Source: Haliotis rufescens
Lineage: Eukaryota
Assembly: GCF_023055435.1 (NCBI RefSeq)
Contig: NW_025963913.1
Coordinates: forward strand, 62,001-126,000
Direction: 5' to 3'
DNA: 64,000 bases
Shown: positions 63,395 to 64,000 of the stretch, piece after piece
Layout: each line of letters starts with the position of its first letter
Position numbering within the stretch: position 1 is the stretch's first letter
Notes under the pieces: model-generated
Told to the model about the DNA's origin: nothing
The model's database searches: none
The model's input: the letters and a program-made list of their open reading frames with translations, nothing else
Position numbers and translations under genes: made by a program

Positions 63395-64000
63395 GTAAGT
63401 CATCGTGCCCCCCATCCTTGCCTTCTTCCTACACTTCAACAAATATGTAAGTCATCGTGCCCCCCATCCTTGCCTTCTTCCTACACTTCAACAAATATGT
63501 AAGTCATCGTGCCCCCCATCCTTGCCTTCTTCCTACACTTCAACAAATATGTAAGTCATCGTGCCCCCCATCCTTGCCTTCTTCCTACACTTCAACAAAT
63601 ATGTAAGTCATCGTGCCCCCCATCCTTGCCTTCTTCCTACACTTCAACAAATATGTAAGTCATCGTGCCCCCCATCCTTGCCTTCTTCCTACACCTCAAC
63701 AAACATGTTATGTAAGTCACCTTGACCCTGTCCTTGCCTTCTTTCTATACTTCAACAAATATGTAAGTCATCGTGCCCCCTATCCTTGCCTTCTTCCTAT
63801 ACTTCAACAAATATGTAAGTATCGTGCCCCCTGTCCTTGCCTTCTTCCTACACTTCAACAAATATGTAAGTCATCGTGCCCCCTATCCTTGCCTTCTTCC
63901 TACACTTCAACAAATATGTTAGTATCGTGCCCCCTGTCCTTGCCTTCTTCCTACACTTCAACAAATATGTACGTCATCGTGCCCCCTATCCTTGCCTTCT
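63353..64000. repeat. 52-bp minisatellite made of the last 42 nt of NISCH exon 3 plus the first 10 nt of the intron; about 12 units, open at the right edge
   Basis: Unit GTGCCCCCCATCCTTGCCTTCTTCCTACACTTCAACAAATAT|GTAAGTCATC. GT donors recur at 63395, 63447, 63499, 63551, 63603, 63655 and onward. Confidence 0.96.

Overview
Eukaryotic animal DNA. The SINE families resemble those I recall from abalone (Haliotis), so a gastropod mollusc is likely (inference). Bases 1 to about 52,200 are the right-hand end of a tandem macrosatellite: six near-identical units of 7.6-8.4 kb (starts 1, 8438, 16874, 25062, 32671, 40708) plus a diverged partial terminal unit (about 49,000-52,200). Each unit carries a minus-strand, three-coding-exon gene that the ORF track splits into pieces. 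Joining a 19-nt ATG exon, a 302-nt exon and an 822-nt exon at canonical GT-AG sites gives an intact 380-aa Pro/Lys-rich protein that I do not recognise. It has NLS-like clusters, a PVNLS motif and an acidic LxxLL C-terminus. Six full copies and part of a seventh are present. Each unit also holds a conserved promoter-like block, a disabled head-to-head partner exon, two purine-skewed minisatellite tracts and a tRNA-derived SINE. About 0.5 kb beyond the array edge, a nischarin (NISCH) gene starts on the + strand, with PX-domain coding exons at 52708-52794, 60103-60186 and 63212-63394. Its introns contain SINEs, nested MITEs (two with CAG-type ends and 5-bp TSDs) and a 61-bp G-rich minisatellite. 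They also contain a 52-bp minisatellite made from the exon 3 end plus its splice donor. Most other ORFs in the track are artefacts of repeats or antisense frames.
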